DNA from: Massalongia carnosa
Taxonomy: Eukaryota
Assembly: GCA_965645245.1 (NCBI GenBank)
Contig: OZ287068.1
Location: 2,790,001 to 2,854,000 of the forward strand
Length of the DNA stretch: 64,000 nt
Direction of reading: 5' to 3'
Positions within the stretch are counted from its first letter, which is position 1. The number at the start of each line of letters is the position of its first letter. The notes under the pieces are model-generated. The model made no database searches. It worked only from the letters and a program-made list of their open reading frames with translations, and was not told where the DNA came from. The position numbers were made by a program, and so were the translations under genes. Below are positions 63,154-64,000 of this stretch, piece after piece.

Positions 63154-64000
63154 ATGAAGCGCTCTTTGGACATAAGCGAAGAGAAGCCGCGAAAAACCCG
63201 CCGTACAATACCCCTTCGTCTCTCATCCCCTGATACTTCTACAGCTTCTGCACAAGCTCTGAAGATTCTCTTGCAAAATCCAATTCAATTCGTCCCTGCC
63301 ACACAGTTCACAATACGAAATGAACAAGCCATGACTATGAGCCATTTTAGCCAGAAAGAAACGCAGTCACATTCCATAGCTCAAGACGAAAAAAACACGA
63401 CCTCAAGCGCACCTGGGCAGAACGAAACGCAGCTACAGCGGATACGTCAAGAAATCGTGAGCTAAAATTTCCAAGAAACCACTATCTACTTGCTTAAACT
63501 GAATCTACAGGTCGAAAAAATATCGCCGATTTGGAATATACAAGAAAATTCCGTGGTTGAGCCGGGCGGTCTCGTCAATCCACGCAATCTGTGCTACCAA
63601 AATAGCGTTATTCAATGCCTTCTTCATGCCCCGATTTTCGTCAATTGGCTTCAGAACCATCATGTTCGGTGCACGATTAGGTATTGTTTAGCCTGCTCGT
63701 TCAGCCAACTGTCATCTGTATACTGGAACGAGGCAAAAAATGCGCGCCAACTTTACGATCGGCTGCGTCTTCTACGTACTAGAGCTTACCAAGGTAACAC
63801 CGCCTGTGGTGTTTTGCCTATGTCTATTTCTAACTTTTTCATTGAGGTGGTTGGAGTTCTACTAGGCAGGAGGATGCAAATGATTACTATATGGCTATTA
63901 TCACGCGAATGAAGGCACAACTCAAGGCTGAGTAATTGCACCACCGACTCCTGTCCGATACTTCATGCTAATTCTTATCGTAGGGACCGCAACATCATTG
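63154..64000 (+). CDS. Ubiquitin-specific protease (USP/UCH) family protein, 5' part; truncated by the window end
   Basis: Cys box GLVNPRNLCYQNSVIQCLLH followed by CLACSF; spliced from an upstream exon at 63154. Confidence 0.7.

Overview
Intron-containing genomic DNA from a filamentous ascomycete (Pezizomycotina-type genes and splice signals). The left ~38 kb is accessory-like. It holds a SesB-like alpha/beta-hydrolase/NB-ARC/TPR NLR gene with ~23.6 near-identical 123-bp repeats, an internal amyloid-like motif and a nonsense codon in repeat 22. It also holds a bZIP factor, a GrpB protein, a PDR-type ABC transporter, an ACC-synthase-like aminotransferase, two inverted-repeat elements, an orphan secreted protein, a complete Tad-like LINE with a 15-bp TSD, and pseudogenes. 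The right ~26 kb is a housekeeping block: PEX16, RNH201, MIF2/CENP-C, a Myb factor, tubulin cofactor B, TRM9 and a partial USP. This block is interrupted by an intact Ngaro-type tyrosine-recombinase retrotransposon with split direct repeats. Two unannotated structured-RNA candidates stand out: a tRNA-like Pol III unit with a ~240-nt multi-hairpin insert (58553-58880, minus strand) and a 978-nt structured intron in CENP-C. All calls come from manual motif reading; no database searches were run.
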